Below are positions 44,506 through 52,811 of a stretch of DNA of 60,860 nucleotides, in pieces. This stretch comes from a virus (Duplodnaviria; Caudoviricetes), in the IMG/VR virus record IMGVR_UViG_3300042503_001940, positions 1 through 60,860 of that record; one strand, given 5' to 3'. A program made the translations under genes and the position numbers. The notes under the pieces are model-generated. The model did no database searches and was not told where the DNA came from. It saw nothing but the letters and a program-made list of their open reading frames with translations. Every line of letters begins with the position of its first letter. Positions within the stretch are counted from its first letter, which is position 1.

Positions 44506-44683
44506 CTTCTTTCCTTTCCTTTCTTTGAAACACCGTTTTCTTAGAGCACACTCCGCAGTATGCGTTTCTGAATCCCTCAACCAAAGTGTTGTTTGGGTAC
44601 TCTTTTATTGCCTCGCTTTGTCGATCATCTCCACACAGGCCACAAGCCCATACGTAGTTGTCAGTCTTGGGAGTTGATGACAA
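44498..44683 (-). CDS. Small CxxC-CxxC zinc-finger protein
   Basis: CGLC and CGVC; overlaps neighbours in the operon. Confidence 0.55.
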   Translation of the reverse strand: MSSTPKTDNYVWACGLCGDDRQSEAIKEYPNNTLVEGFRNAYCGVCSKKTVFQRKERKEDV

Positions 44684-44972
44684 GTCGCGCCTCGCAAGTG
44701 TTGACTAAAGGTGAAACGGAAATAATTCCGTCATCGCGTGTTTCAATAATGTTGGCCGCAACAAGCTGGCGAACAAGGTCGTCGTTTTCGCTCCACCACT
44801 TTAGATAGAACCAGCCTTCGATAGGAGTCTTCCCCTTGACTTTGCAGGATAGCCGTGCGTATGGCTCGCCGGTGGTGGCGACAATGGCCGTGCAGTCCTC
44901 GCCGTCTTGGTCAACGTAAATAAGCTCGTCGCCAAACTTCTCCGACTTGTATTGATATTCGCGTCTACTCAT
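44661..44972 (-). CDS. Hypothetical protein
   Basis: AGGAG RBS before ATG 44972; FYLKWWSEN motif. Confidence 0.6.
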   Translation of the reverse strand: MSRREYQYKSEKFGDELIYVDQDGEDCTAIVATTGEPYARLSCKVKGKTPIEGWFYLKWWSENDDLVRQLVAANIIETRDDGIISVSPLVNTCEARLVINSQD

Positions 44973-45423
44973 CTTCACTCCTTCTGCGCGCGTGGCGCCT
45001 GCGGCCAGTATGGCCGAGCACCTGCAGTGAGTCAAGCCTGTCCATGAGCCTAGTTGCTCTGTCATATTTTTGTTTAAAATGATTGGCCCAGGTTGTTGCC
45101 TGATCTAGCAATGCCTCAGGACTTCTGGCTTCTATCATGCACGTAACTGGACCAAACTCAGTGCGCACAACCCCGATGTATCGCCATTTACTGCTTGGCG
45201 GCACGGGCGAAAGCACGGCTGCGGTGAGGGACGCGAGGATACCGCAAGAAATTAATATAGACTCTATGTGTGCTGTAACCTCTTGCTCTGCGCGCTCATC
45301 GTCGCCGTGACCAACGGGCTTAGAAATAATTCCAAGGGTGGCCGCAGTCGACATGAAAGAAGCAGCAAGCCAGCCGTATGACCAGTCGTCTGGGATCTTA
45401 TTCTTTTTCTTCATCAGCCACAA
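44965..45423 (-). CDS. Hypothetical protein
   Basis: Tiled ORF in the minus-strand operon; start uncertain. Confidence 0.5.
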   Translation of the reverse strand: MWLMKKKNKIPDDWSYGWLAASFMSTAATLGIISKPVGHGDDERAEQEVTAHIESILISCGILASLTAAVLSPVPPSSKWRYIGVVRTEFGPVTCMIEARSPEALLDQATTWANHFKQKYDRATRLMDRLDSLQVLGHTGRRRHARRRSEDE

Positions 45424-45628
45424 AATCTCCTAACAACGATGGCATGGCATCGTACAGCATGGAAATGCTAATAAGACGATCAGCACGGCGGTGAGCTTGC
45501 GCTTCGGGCATTGGCTCGACTACGCCAATAACCTCTTTGCTTTCTGCGTCAATAATCCTTGCCGACCACAGCAGCACCCCGTCATCGTCTACGCCCTCGC
45601 GGGAATAGACAACTATTGCGCTTGGCAA
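45398..45628 (-). CDS. Hypothetical protein
   Basis: Abuts the upstream stop; tiled. Confidence 0.5.
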   Translation of the reverse strand: MPSAIVVYSREGVDDDGVLLWSARIIDAESKEVIGVVEPMPEAQAHRRADRLISISMLYDAMPSLLGDFVADEEKE

Positions 45629-46132
45629 TTAAATGCTCTGTGCTTTTTCTGCCAGTGGCATGTCGCTGTATGCGCGAAGGGGGCAGTTCTTCCACCAGCA
45701 GGTATTGCCCGGCTCGCCTGCGGGTCCACCCGCGCAGTCTTCACACATAGCCCTAATCGCCAGGAGCATCCCGGTTGATTGAGTCGCCGCCTGGAGCTTG
45801 TCAATGTTTTTTTCCATCTTGGCAAGAACTTCTTCAAAGTTTACGGTTGGCGAAACAACCTTGCCCACTACCCCTGGGTCCATGCTGACCTTTGGCTCTA
45901 TTTCCGAATAAAGCTCTGGCTGGTAGGACTGAAGGTAGCTAAGAACCACCACGGAATACTCCATTGGGATCTTTCTTTGACCTTGGCAATAGGCCTCAAC
46001 CGTGCGCTCTGACCTCTGGGCTTCTTTGGTTGAGGTCTTGTTCACTGCGTCTGCAAGGTTCCTTGCAGCCTGCACCCGAGTGCCGTTTGGAAACAGCGTG
46101 AGGGCTATTTCCATAAGGTGCTCAGCCTTCAT
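45629..46132 (-). CDS. Putative DNA-binding protein with C-terminal Cys cluster
   Basis: HTH-like SERTVEAYCQGQRKIP; AIRAMCEDC...C...CPL. Confidence 0.55.
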   Translation of the reverse strand: MKAEHLMEIALTLFPNGTRVQAARNLADAVNKTSTKEAQRSERTVEAYCQGQRKIPMEYSVVVLSYLQSYQPELYSEIEPKVSMDPGVVGKVVSPTVNFEEVLAKMEKNIDKLQAATQSTGMLLAIRAMCEDCAGGPAGEPGNTCWWKNCPLRAYSDMPLAEKAQSI

Positions 46133-46929
46133 TACTTGCCACCGTTTGCTTCGCTAATGGCAACGGCCAACGCCTTCCAGTCAAAATCAATAGCGATTTG
46201 CCCGTGGTGTTTTGTCTTGGCGGCAAGCAAGAGATCGATTGTTCCACCAAGAGCGCGCCATCTGTTGCAAAACGTATAGTCCTCTCCGTACTGAATTTTT
46301 GTTTCCGGATCAACGGTATAAGAAAAGAACTCGTACAGTTTCTCCCCGCTTGGCTTTATAATGTAGTCATCTGGGCGCTCTCGCATAATCTTTTCAAGGG
46401 TTTCTCTCTTTACCATCATTGCACCAGTGCCCACTTTGAGAACCTTTGTAAAGCCATCTGCGTCAACGTTAAAAACGTCTTCAGTCGTGTTGAAATTTCC
46501 TTCGGCAATTAGCGCCGGGTAAACCTCGTGGGAGGTTCCTGGATAGCTGGTAACGAATTGCCCAAGGCGCTCCCATGTGACTTCGCGCTTTGCGCAGGGA
46601 AGGGCGGATATGTCTCGGTCGTGCCCTAGCAGGTACATAACGTGCCTGGGGTCAACTTGAATGTCGCTATCAATCATGAAAAGGTGTGTTGCCTTGCTTT
46701 CGAGGAAGCCAGACGCAAGTTCGTTGCGCGCAAGCGGCAGGATTGAGTTGCCGGAAATTACTTTCCAGGTAAAGCCAACACCGTTTTCAATGCACATCCT
46801 TTGCACGCCCATGATTGAGGCGATTGATCCAGCATGAAGACGGCCATCAAGTGTTGGGGTAGCAACAAAGATTCCAATTTTCTTTGCTGTGGCGGAGGGA
46901 GCGGCTTGCCTCTTGCTTTTTTTGCTCAT
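46132..46929 (-). CDS. GT-A fold glycosyltransferase
   Basis: IFVATP, ARNEL, THLFMIDSD (DxD), GTGAMMVKR, GEDYTFC. Confidence 0.8.
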   Translation of the reverse strand: MSKKSKRQAAPSATAKKIGIFVATPTLDGRLHAGSIASIMGVQRMCIENGVGFTWKVISGNSILPLARNELASGFLESKATHLFMIDSDIQVDPRHVMYLLGHDRDISALPCAKREVTWERLGQFVTSYPGTSHEVYPALIAEGNFNTTEDVFNVDADGFTKVLKVGTGAMMVKRETLEKIMRERPDDYIIKPSGEKLYEFFSYTVDPETKIQYGEDYTFCNRWRALGGTIDLLLAAKTKHHGQIAIDFDWKALAVAISEANGGK

Positions 46930-47375
46930 TTCTTCTTACCCCCTAAAAGATCTACTCGCAGCGTTGCCAAATTCTTTGGTAGCTTATCCTTCCTGGCTTC
47001 ACTTACAGGAAAATCGTTAGGCTTTTCCTCTGCCCTAACCAGCGTGCGCTCCCCGTCGTCCATTTTCCTGCCCCATTTTCCGCGCTGTAGCGCAATTGCA
47101 ATCAGGGCATAGTTGGCAATGTCCATTAGTGTGTCAGACATTGATTCGTCCTCCCCGTCGTCAAAGGGTTCAAGGACTACCTTCCCGCCGACAATCTTCC
47201 CGTTTAGGAACTTCTTTGCTCTCGCCGATTTGTCGTGAGCAATTCTGCTAATGACGCCATGAATGCCTAGCTGCTCAATGTTGGCGTCCCCATACCGCTC
47301 CTGCTTGTCGCAAAGAAGCTTGTAGGCCTCGGAGTATATCTCCGCAAAGGTCTGCTCAAAGCTCTGATCGCTCAC
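46926..47375 (-). CDS. DUF1599/nucleotide-modification-associated domain protein
   Basis: K..RYG, G...RI..DK..R, DES..DTL.DIANYA. Confidence 0.75.
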   Translation of the reverse strand: MSDQSFEQTFAEIYSEAYKLLCDKQERYGDANIEQLGIHGVISRIAHDKSARAKKFLNGKIVGGKVVLEPFDDGEDESMSDTLMDIANYALIAIALQRGKWGRKMDDGERTLVRAEEKPNDFPVSEARKDKLPKNLATLRVDLLGGKKK

Positions 47376-47584
47376 TGTCCAGCCCTCCTTTTAATAATCC
47401 AGTTAGCCTCGGTTTCGCTGATCCGCATAAGGACAGCGGCCTCAATGTCGGCCCCGCACACAATGACGTATGGCTCCTCATCTTGGGCGCTTCGTTGGTC
47501 GAGCAGCAGGGTAATGGGGTTGTCCTCGGACCACAAAAGCCAGATGGCCTTGACTCTTTGGCTTGGGAATAGGTTGTTTTCCAT
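47372..47584 (-). CDS. Hypothetical protein (probable leaderless start)
   Basis: TACACT-6 nt-ATG at 47584; the longer track start runs into a structured non-coding region. Confidence 0.55.
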   Translation of the reverse strand: MENNLFPSQRVKAIWLLWSEDNPITLLLDQRSAQDEEPYVIVCGADIEAAVLMRISETEANWIIKRRAGQ

Positions 47585-47649
47585 GTGCGGAGTGTAGCGC
47601 AGATTTTCCCAGGATGCCAAATGGAATTTCAGGGTGATAGCATAAACGT

Positions 47650-47808
47650 GTGATGCCCCACCTAACCGGGCATCGCCGCTGGTCGGGAGCAGTAAGCCCG
47701 GCTTAGGCGGGAAGGGCAACGGGGATGTTGGGTCCCCTGTACGGTGTTGGCGGCCGCGCGAGCCGACGGGCTGCGTCGCAACCAGGCGTTCCTCCGTCCC
47801 CTTCCCGC
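47650..47808 (+). ncRNA. Candidate structured RNA or 5' leader
   Basis: TAGCAT -10 then three hairpins, including a 10-bp closing stem 47707-47716/47799-47808. Confidence 0.45.
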
Positions 47809-47828
47809 TGAAACCCTAAGGAGGAAAC

Positions 47829-48017
47829 ATGGCAGGAAAAAAGACACTCGCAAAGAATCAACCAGGGGACAAGCGCCCTGACAGCCTGACGCAAAGAGTT
47901 TGCGCGCGTTGCGGTGAGCGCATGCTTGCAAAGCAAATTAGAGCCACCTTGGCAATTAACTTTGTCGGCGAACGCGCATCAAAAGGCTTTATTCACCACC
48001 ACGCTAAGTGCGCTTAG
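47829..48017 (+). CDS. Small CxxC...HxxC zinc-finger protein
   Basis: AGGAGG RBS; CARC...HAKC. Confidence 0.7.
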   Translation: MAGKKTLAKNQPGDKRPDSLTQRVCARCGERMLAKQIRATLAINFVGERASKGFIHHHAKCA

Positions 48018-48532
48018 TCCCATAGGCTATAGGGATCGTCCTTAACTGGCGGCGTGTACCCAGGTACCTTGGTAATGTCGTTAAGAAGGTAGCCTGGAAC
48101 AAACCAGAGCCGCTTGTCTTCGTGATAGAAACGTGGCGTCATTGCCTCTTTGCCCTCAATCCAGCCAACAACCTCAAAGATAAAATTTCTTGGATCCGCT
48201 GGTAAGACCAAAACAAAAACATCAGACTTCTTGTCCCCATGCCTAAGGGATAAGTCTTTAAAGTTTCCTGGGCGATATCGCACCTGGACGTTTTCGCCAA
48301 TATCTGCGCCTTTGAACTGGTCAATATCCTCTCCGCTCCACGGCATGCCCAGGGCAAACGAGGCCGCAAGCTCACCCATGGCGCCCTCGACATGCTGCTT
48401 CCACCCGTCGCGCTCCCAGCCGTACTTATCCTTTAGTCCATCCTTGATGGCGCGCAGCTCCCTGCGGACCCCGGCAATTGCTGCACGGTCTGCGTCTTTT
48501 TCCATCAGTTGAACGTAAACAGAGTTAGGCAT
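48014..48532 (-). CDS. Putative PD-(D/E)xK-fold nuclease-like protein
   Basis: G.MGELA...GADIG..VQVR...DVFVLV...GWI. Confidence 0.5.
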   Translation of the reverse strand: MPNSVYVQLMEKDADRAAIAGVRRELRAIKDGLKDKYGWERDGWKQHVEGAMGELAASFALGMPWSGEDIDQFKGADIGENVQVRYRPGNFKDLSLRHGDKKSDVFVLVLPADPRNFIFEVVGWIEGKEAMTPRFYHEDKRLWFVPGYLLNDITKVPGYTPPVKDDPYSLWD

Positions 48533-48887
48533 TTTCTCTTTCTTTAATCCTTTTCTGTAATGTGTTGCGCATTTCCGCGAACTGCTCTGACACCTGCCGA
48601 AGCGAGCGGGCATGAAAGTCCAACGCTTCAGCAAGGCGCTTCTCTGATTCTGAAACCAGACGCCAGCCCGACTCTTCGTACCGCTTCATGTCGTCAACGT
48701 CAGCGGCTATAGAATTGTAGGCTTTGCTCCTGTAGCCAATGCCGTTATATACGTATGTCCTCATTGTTTCGGCGCTTAGCCCGTAGACTTTTGCCGCCGC
48801 CGCGCACGCCTCTGTGACGCTTTTAGCCTGGGGGAATTTCCATACAAGCAACTGATGCAACTCAATTGGCAACAAATTTTTAGCCAT
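48525..48887 (-). CDS. HTH plus coiled-coil DNA-binding protein
   Basis: AAKVYGLSAETMRTYVY; AAAGGA RBS. Confidence 0.55.
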   Translation of the reverse strand: MAKNLLPIELHQLLVWKFPQAKSVTEACAAAAKVYGLSAETMRTYVYNGIGYRSKAYNSIAADVDDMKRYEESGWRLVSESEKRLAEALDFHARSLRQVSEQFAEMRNTLQKRIKERENA

Positions 48888-49200
48888 TGTTTTTCCTTTC
48901 AACAAGAAAAGCCTTCATCTTATCCATGGCTGCCGCTGGGGTTTTGCCTTGCTCGGCAAAAACTTCACCCGTGGAGTTAACAACCTCAACTCTCCAGCCA
49001 ATCAAAAGAAAACTTAGGCGGTCAAGCCCCCATTGGGGGGGCATGGCTTCCTGCAGCTCGGTCCACGCGCAATGGATGCACCGTGAATCTTCAGGGTTTT
49101 GGATAAAGCCGACAGAAGGGGAAGCGAGAAACCCCGCCTCCCCCTCATGCCCACACTCTTTGCCCTTAGTTGGCAACGGTAAAAGTCCACTCGCCATCAT
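48880..49200 (-). CDS. Hypothetical protein
   Basis: Tiled ORF with CGH...CIHC. Confidence 0.45.
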   Translation of the reverse strand: MMASGLLPLPTKGKECGHEGEAGFLASPSVGFIQNPEDSRCIHCAWTELQEAMPPQWGLDRLSFLLIGWRVEVVNSTGEVFAEQGKTPAAAMDKMKAFLVERKNNG

Positions 49201-49675
49201 GAGTGAAGTCGGACAGCACCAAATAGAACGTTGTTTCTGCCTCTGGGACCTGGAACGTCAGCCACCCCTTGGCCTTGCGCCCAGCCATCAAGGCATTGCT
49301 TGAATCAAGCGCCGGCTCCTTGCCAATAAAGTAGTAGTCATAACCGTACGACTCGCTATCAACGAGTTTCCAGTACAGGGGGTTATAGGACACGCCATCA
49401 ACAAGCGCCTCGTACTCCACCAGCACAGAGACAAACTTAAAGCCCTCATCTGGCCCAAAGTATTCGTTGTAGTCCGTATAAACGCTTGCCTCCAAGAGGC
49501 TGACCTTTACATCCGTCCACTCAATGTAGTAGCCGACGCCAGCAATCTCCTGCGTGGGCGTTGGCGTTGCCGTTGGCTTCTGCGTTGCCTGCGGGGTATT
49601 GACTGCGGTTCCTGCTGAGCCGCCGCACGCTGCCAAGAGCAGTGCTACTGCGAATAGGCTTAGAGCCTTCTTCAT
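49166..49675 (-). CDS. DUF4352-like lipoprotein
   Basis: MKK...LLLAAC lipobox, PT linker, PDEG.KFV.V...YNP..WKL.D...G.KAKGWLTFQVP. Confidence 0.78.
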   Translation of the reverse strand: MKKALSLFAVALLLAACGGSAGTAVNTPQATQKPTATPTPTQEIAGVGYYIEWTDVKVSLLEASVYTDYNEYFGPDEGFKFVSVLVEYEALVDGVSYNPLYWKLVDSESYGYDYYFIGKEPALDSSNALMAGRKAKGWLTFQVPEAETTFYLVLSDFTHDGEWTFTVAN

Positions 49676-49723
49676 GGTTCTTCCTTTCATCTACAGCCCA
49701 GACAAATTCCAGGCAATGTGTAG

Positions 49724-49752
49724 ATGATAGCCCCTCATGTTGTGGTTGTCAA
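49724..49752 (-). promoter_or_regulatory. Sigma70-type promoter
   Basis: TTGACA-17 nt-TATCAT directly after the tRNA CCA end. Confidence 0.75.
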
Positions 49753-49755
49753 CAG

Positions 49756-49832
49756 TGGTGAGGAAGCCTGGACTCGAACCAGGGCCTAGCGAGATATAAG
49801 CTCGCTGCTCTAACCAATTAAGCTACTTCCCC
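49756..49832 (-). tRNA. tRNA-Ile, anticodon UAU
   Basis: Acceptor GGGGAAG/CTTCCTC-ACCA; anticodon arm GCGAG-CTTATAT-CTCGC; T arm CCTGG-TTCGAGT-CCAGG. Confidence 0.92.
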
Positions 49833-50077
49833 TAGTTGACGCCGCGCTTTTGAGCAACCTTTGGCGCTGCCGGAGTGGGCGCTGGCCTTTCTACGGGTGT
49901 CTTGCCCGTTGATGCCCGAGCGTCCTGCACACCTGCCCACCAGCCCTCACGAAAGGCTGCGTCTGCCTCCGACTGAAGCTTGGCATACCTTATCGACCCG
50001 CCAGAAGAGGCCATAAAAGCCCCCACGGCAAAGCCGAGCAGGAAAATACCAATGACCTGAATGATGTCCATTTGCAA
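49832..50077 (-). CDS. Small membrane-anchored protein
   Basis: AGGAGG RBS; N-terminal TM segment. Confidence 0.65.
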   Translation of the reverse strand: MQMDIIQVIGIFLLGFAVGAFMASSGGSIRYAKLQSEADAAFREGWWAGVQDARASTGKTPVERPAPTPAAPKVAQKRGVN

Positions 50078-50148
50078 ATCCTCCTTGCTAGTGATTCTAT
50101 CTGCTGGGCATTACAATAGCACGAATCAGCCGTGTAGTGGGGGTAACC

Positions 50149-50655
50149 ATGCCTGGAGAGTGGAAACGCTTTCGGACCGTATACGACCCTGCCGCTCCCA
50201 AGAGTGATCGGCTGGAGTGGCGCCCCACCCTGCGGTTTGTTGCCAAGGTTTGCCAAGAGCAGGGCATTGCCCTAAAGCGCGTGCATGTTCACTACCACCC
50301 GGAAGGCGAAGACAGCATTCCAAGCAGCCATCCTTTTGGAGAGGCAGAGTATTGGAACGGCGTGATCTACCTGTGCGCCTGGGACGAAGACACAATCCTT
50401 CATGAGCTTGCCCACGTCTGGTCTGAGAGCTGGCACACGCCCAAATGGGCGTCCCTCTATCTGTCACTTTGCGAACACTACATGTCCCGCGAGGATTTTA
50501 TGGAGGCCGTTGTTGGCACCGCAGCAGAAATGCCAGTAGTCCGGCACGCGCTAAAAAGGATTTACGGTATTACTGTTAAGGTCGGAAAGAGAACCCCTAA
50601 GGAAAGCCGGCCAATGTCCGACGAACAAAGAGTTCACGGTCGGCATTGTAGCTAG
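50149..50655 (+). CDS. Zincin metallopeptidase (SprT/YgjP-like)
   Basis: TILHELAHVW....HTPKW. Confidence 0.75.
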   Translation: MPGEWKRFRTVYDPAAPKSDRLEWRPTLRFVAKVCQEQGIALKRVHVHYHPEGEDSIPSSHPFGEAEYWNGVIYLCAWDEDTILHELAHVWSESWHTPKWASLYLSLCEHYMSREDFMEAVVGTAAEMPVVRHALKRIYGITVKVGKRTPKESRPMSDEQRVHGRHCS

Positions 50656-51277
50656 AAGCGCTCTCGTTTCGGTCGCATAGCTCGTCGCGACCGTTGACGC
50701 CAATCCATCTGTGCTCAACAATTTTGTCTTCCACCCTAACTATTTTATTGTAAGACAAAGCTACGTCAGTAAATTCATTGTCGCAATACACGGAGATATA
50801 GTCCGGGTGGTAGATGTAATTAAACCTTTCGTACCAGTTTCTTCCGATAAGGATTACGGTGGAAACGGTTTGGCTATTGCCATACCCGTCCGGCGGCCAC
50901 ACCGCCCCGTCCAGGTCGGGCCAGCTTTGCTTAACTAGGTTAATCATCTTTTCATCCCAGTCTTGAACAATCGGAATCATGTCGTCCTGCGCAAGGAAGA
51001 GCACTTCCCAATAGGGGTTTGCCTTGTCAATGTCTGCATTGATTGCCTGGATTTTTGTTTTCGATTGGCCATAAAAGTATTTTAAGTCGGTCCCAAAGGC
51101 AACCATTTTGTCAAATGTTTCTCGTACCTCTGGGTTGTTCATTGAGGAGTCATCTTCGTCCATGGAAATTACCCACTCAACATGATGCCTGCCGGATGCT
51201 AGGCGCATATATTCCGCCAACGTTTCAAAGAACTTCTTCTGCCTAGACCTAGTTGGGAACTTTACTAGCAGGTGCAT
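50597..51277 (-). CDS. GT2-like glycosyltransferase
   Basis: KFPTRSR, AIN, LAQDDM, Y..VYCDNEF, VEHRW. Confidence 0.8.
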   Translation of the reverse strand: MHLLVKFPTRSRQKKFFETLAEYMRLASGRHHVEWVISMDEDDSSMNNPEVRETFDKMVAFGTDLKYFYGQSKTKIQAINADIDKANPYWEVLFLAQDDMIPIVQDWDEKMINLVKQSWPDLDGAVWPPDGYGNSQTVSTVILIGRNWYERFNYIYHPDYISVYCDNEFTDVALSYNKIVRVEDKIVEHRWIGVNGRDELCDRNESASSYNADRELFVRRTLAGFP

Positions 51278-51279
51278 TG

Positions 51280-51873
51280 TTATGCCTTGCTTGGATAGTA
51301 GTAGTAAATCTCACCAGGTATTCTTACTTCCTTATGCAGGACGATCCGAATGCGCTTTGAGAAGTCTAGATCCTCTCCGCTGTTGATTGGCTTAAAACCA
51401 AAGCGCTGAGCAATCTCAGTCTTTATGGCGTTAAGATGATTTGGTGTTCGGTAATAATTGCCGTCGTCTCCAGTAAACCATCCATCGTGCTCAATGGAAT
51501 GATCAAACATTCTTGAAGTCCCATTCTGGAAGTAAATAATACCCGTTAGTGTCGCGCAGTCCGGACCAGACTCCAGGGCTTTCAGGACTTTTTCAACGTA
51601 GTCAGGGCTTACCATGTCGTCGTCATCAATAAAAGCGCAATACTCCCCAGCCGCAGACTGCAGTAACTCGTTGCGCTTCTCCCCTATGGTCATCTCTCCA
51701 TCGTCTACGAGGTGTAGGATCTCAACTTCGTTTGTTAGTTGATTAATTAGCACGCCCAAGAGTCTTTCCAGCTTTTCTGCGCGTTCGCTTACGGAGCAGA
51801 TTAAAAGCGACAGCCGCTTCTCCTTATGCTCCTCTTCCTGTGCCGCAAATTTGTTAGGCATCCACGTAGACAT
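51280..51873 (-). CDS. GT2 glycosyltransferase
   Basis: LSLLIC, GEKRN, GEYCAFIDDDD, GED. Confidence 0.88.
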   Translation of the reverse strand: MSTWMPNKFAAQEEEHKEKRLSLLICSVSERAEKLERLLGVLINQLTNEVEILHLVDDGEMTIGEKRNELLQSAAGEYCAFIDDDDMVSPDYVEKVLKALESGPDCATLTGIIYFQNGTSRMFDHSIEHDGWFTGDDGNYYRTPNHLNAIKTEIAQRFGFKPINSGEDLDFSKRIRIVLHKEVRIPGEIYYYYPSKA

Positions 51874-51875
51874 AT

Positions 51876-52811
51876 TTAAACCTCGCTGGCCATCCACCGG
51901 TATGTCCGGTCTAGTCCTTCGGCCAGGCTAATCTTTGATTCCCACCCTAGCAAGTCAAATGCTCTCTGCGCATTAACGGAACGGCGTGGCTGACCGTCAG
52001 GCTTTGAGTCGTCCCAAACAAATTTACCCTCATAACCAACTACCCTGGCGATCATCGTTGCCAGTGTTTTGATCGTAATTTCCGCACCTGCGCCGAGGTT
52101 AATGGGCAATGTGGGCACGTTTTTTGCCGCGGCCCTCACAATTCCTTCGGCAGCGTCGTCCACGTAAAGGAACTCCCTGCTTGCCTCTCCCGTCCCCCAC
52201 AGGCTTATTGAATCCGCCCCGGACCTCTTGGCCTCAATGCACTTTCTCATGATTGCTGGGATTACATGGGAGGTTTCGGGGTTGATGTTGTCGCCAGGAC
52301 CGTAAAGATTTGTTGGAATTACGTAGGCGATGTTCATACCGTATTGCTGGGCATAGGCCTCTGCCTGCACCAGCAGCATCTTCTTGGCCACCCCGTAAGG
52401 CGCATTGGTCTCCTCTGGGTACCCCGCCCAGAGCCCCTCTTCTACAAAAGGCGGCTTTGCGTATTTGGGGTAAGAGCAAACGGTGCCCACCACAACGACC
52501 TTGGATGTCTCAGCAATGCGCGCCTGCTCTATGACGTTTAGTCCCATCATGGCGTTGGCATACAGAAATCTTCCGGGAGACTTCATGTTTGCGCCGATGC
52601 CGCCAACCTCCGCCGCAGCGTGAATGACAACGTCTGGCTTTGCTTCTTTGAAAAGTTGAGCAGTTTGGACCTGCGACGTCAGGTCCCAGTCCCAGGATCT
52701 TGGGATAAGGACGTCTGCGGTGTTGTGCAAATCTAGTCGCTCAACGATCCGCTCTCCAAGAAAGCCTCCGCCGCCCGTTACGAGAACTACTTTGCCGCGA
52801 AGCTTGCTCAT
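51876..52811 (-). CDS. fcl: GDP-L-fucose synthase
   Basis: TGGGGFLG, AAEVGGIGAN, GTVCSYPK, YGVAK, NLYGPGDN, WGTG.ASREFLY, KPDGQPRR. Confidence 0.95.
   Translation of the reverse strand: MSKLRGKVVLVTGGGGFLGERIVERLDLHNTADVLIPRSWDWDLTSQVQTAQLFKEAKPDVVIHAAAEVGGIGANMKSPGRFLYANAMMGLNVIEQARIAETSKVVVVGTVCSYPKYAKPPFVEEGLWAGYPEETNAPYGVAKKMLLVQAEAYAQQYGMNIAYVIPTNLYGPGDNINPETSHVIPAIMRKCIEAKRSGADSISLWGTGEASREFLYVDDAAEGIVRAAAKNVPTLPINLGAGAEITIKTLATMIARVVGYEGKFVWDDSKPDGQPRRSVNAQRAFDLLGWESKISLAEGLDRTYRWMASEV

Noticed and set aside
47650-47808. SRP RNA, 6S RNA, tmRNA or hammerhead identity for the structured region
   Set aside because: I could not find the SRP helix-8 motif, tRNA-like ends or the CUGAUGA/GAAA core; left as unclassified.
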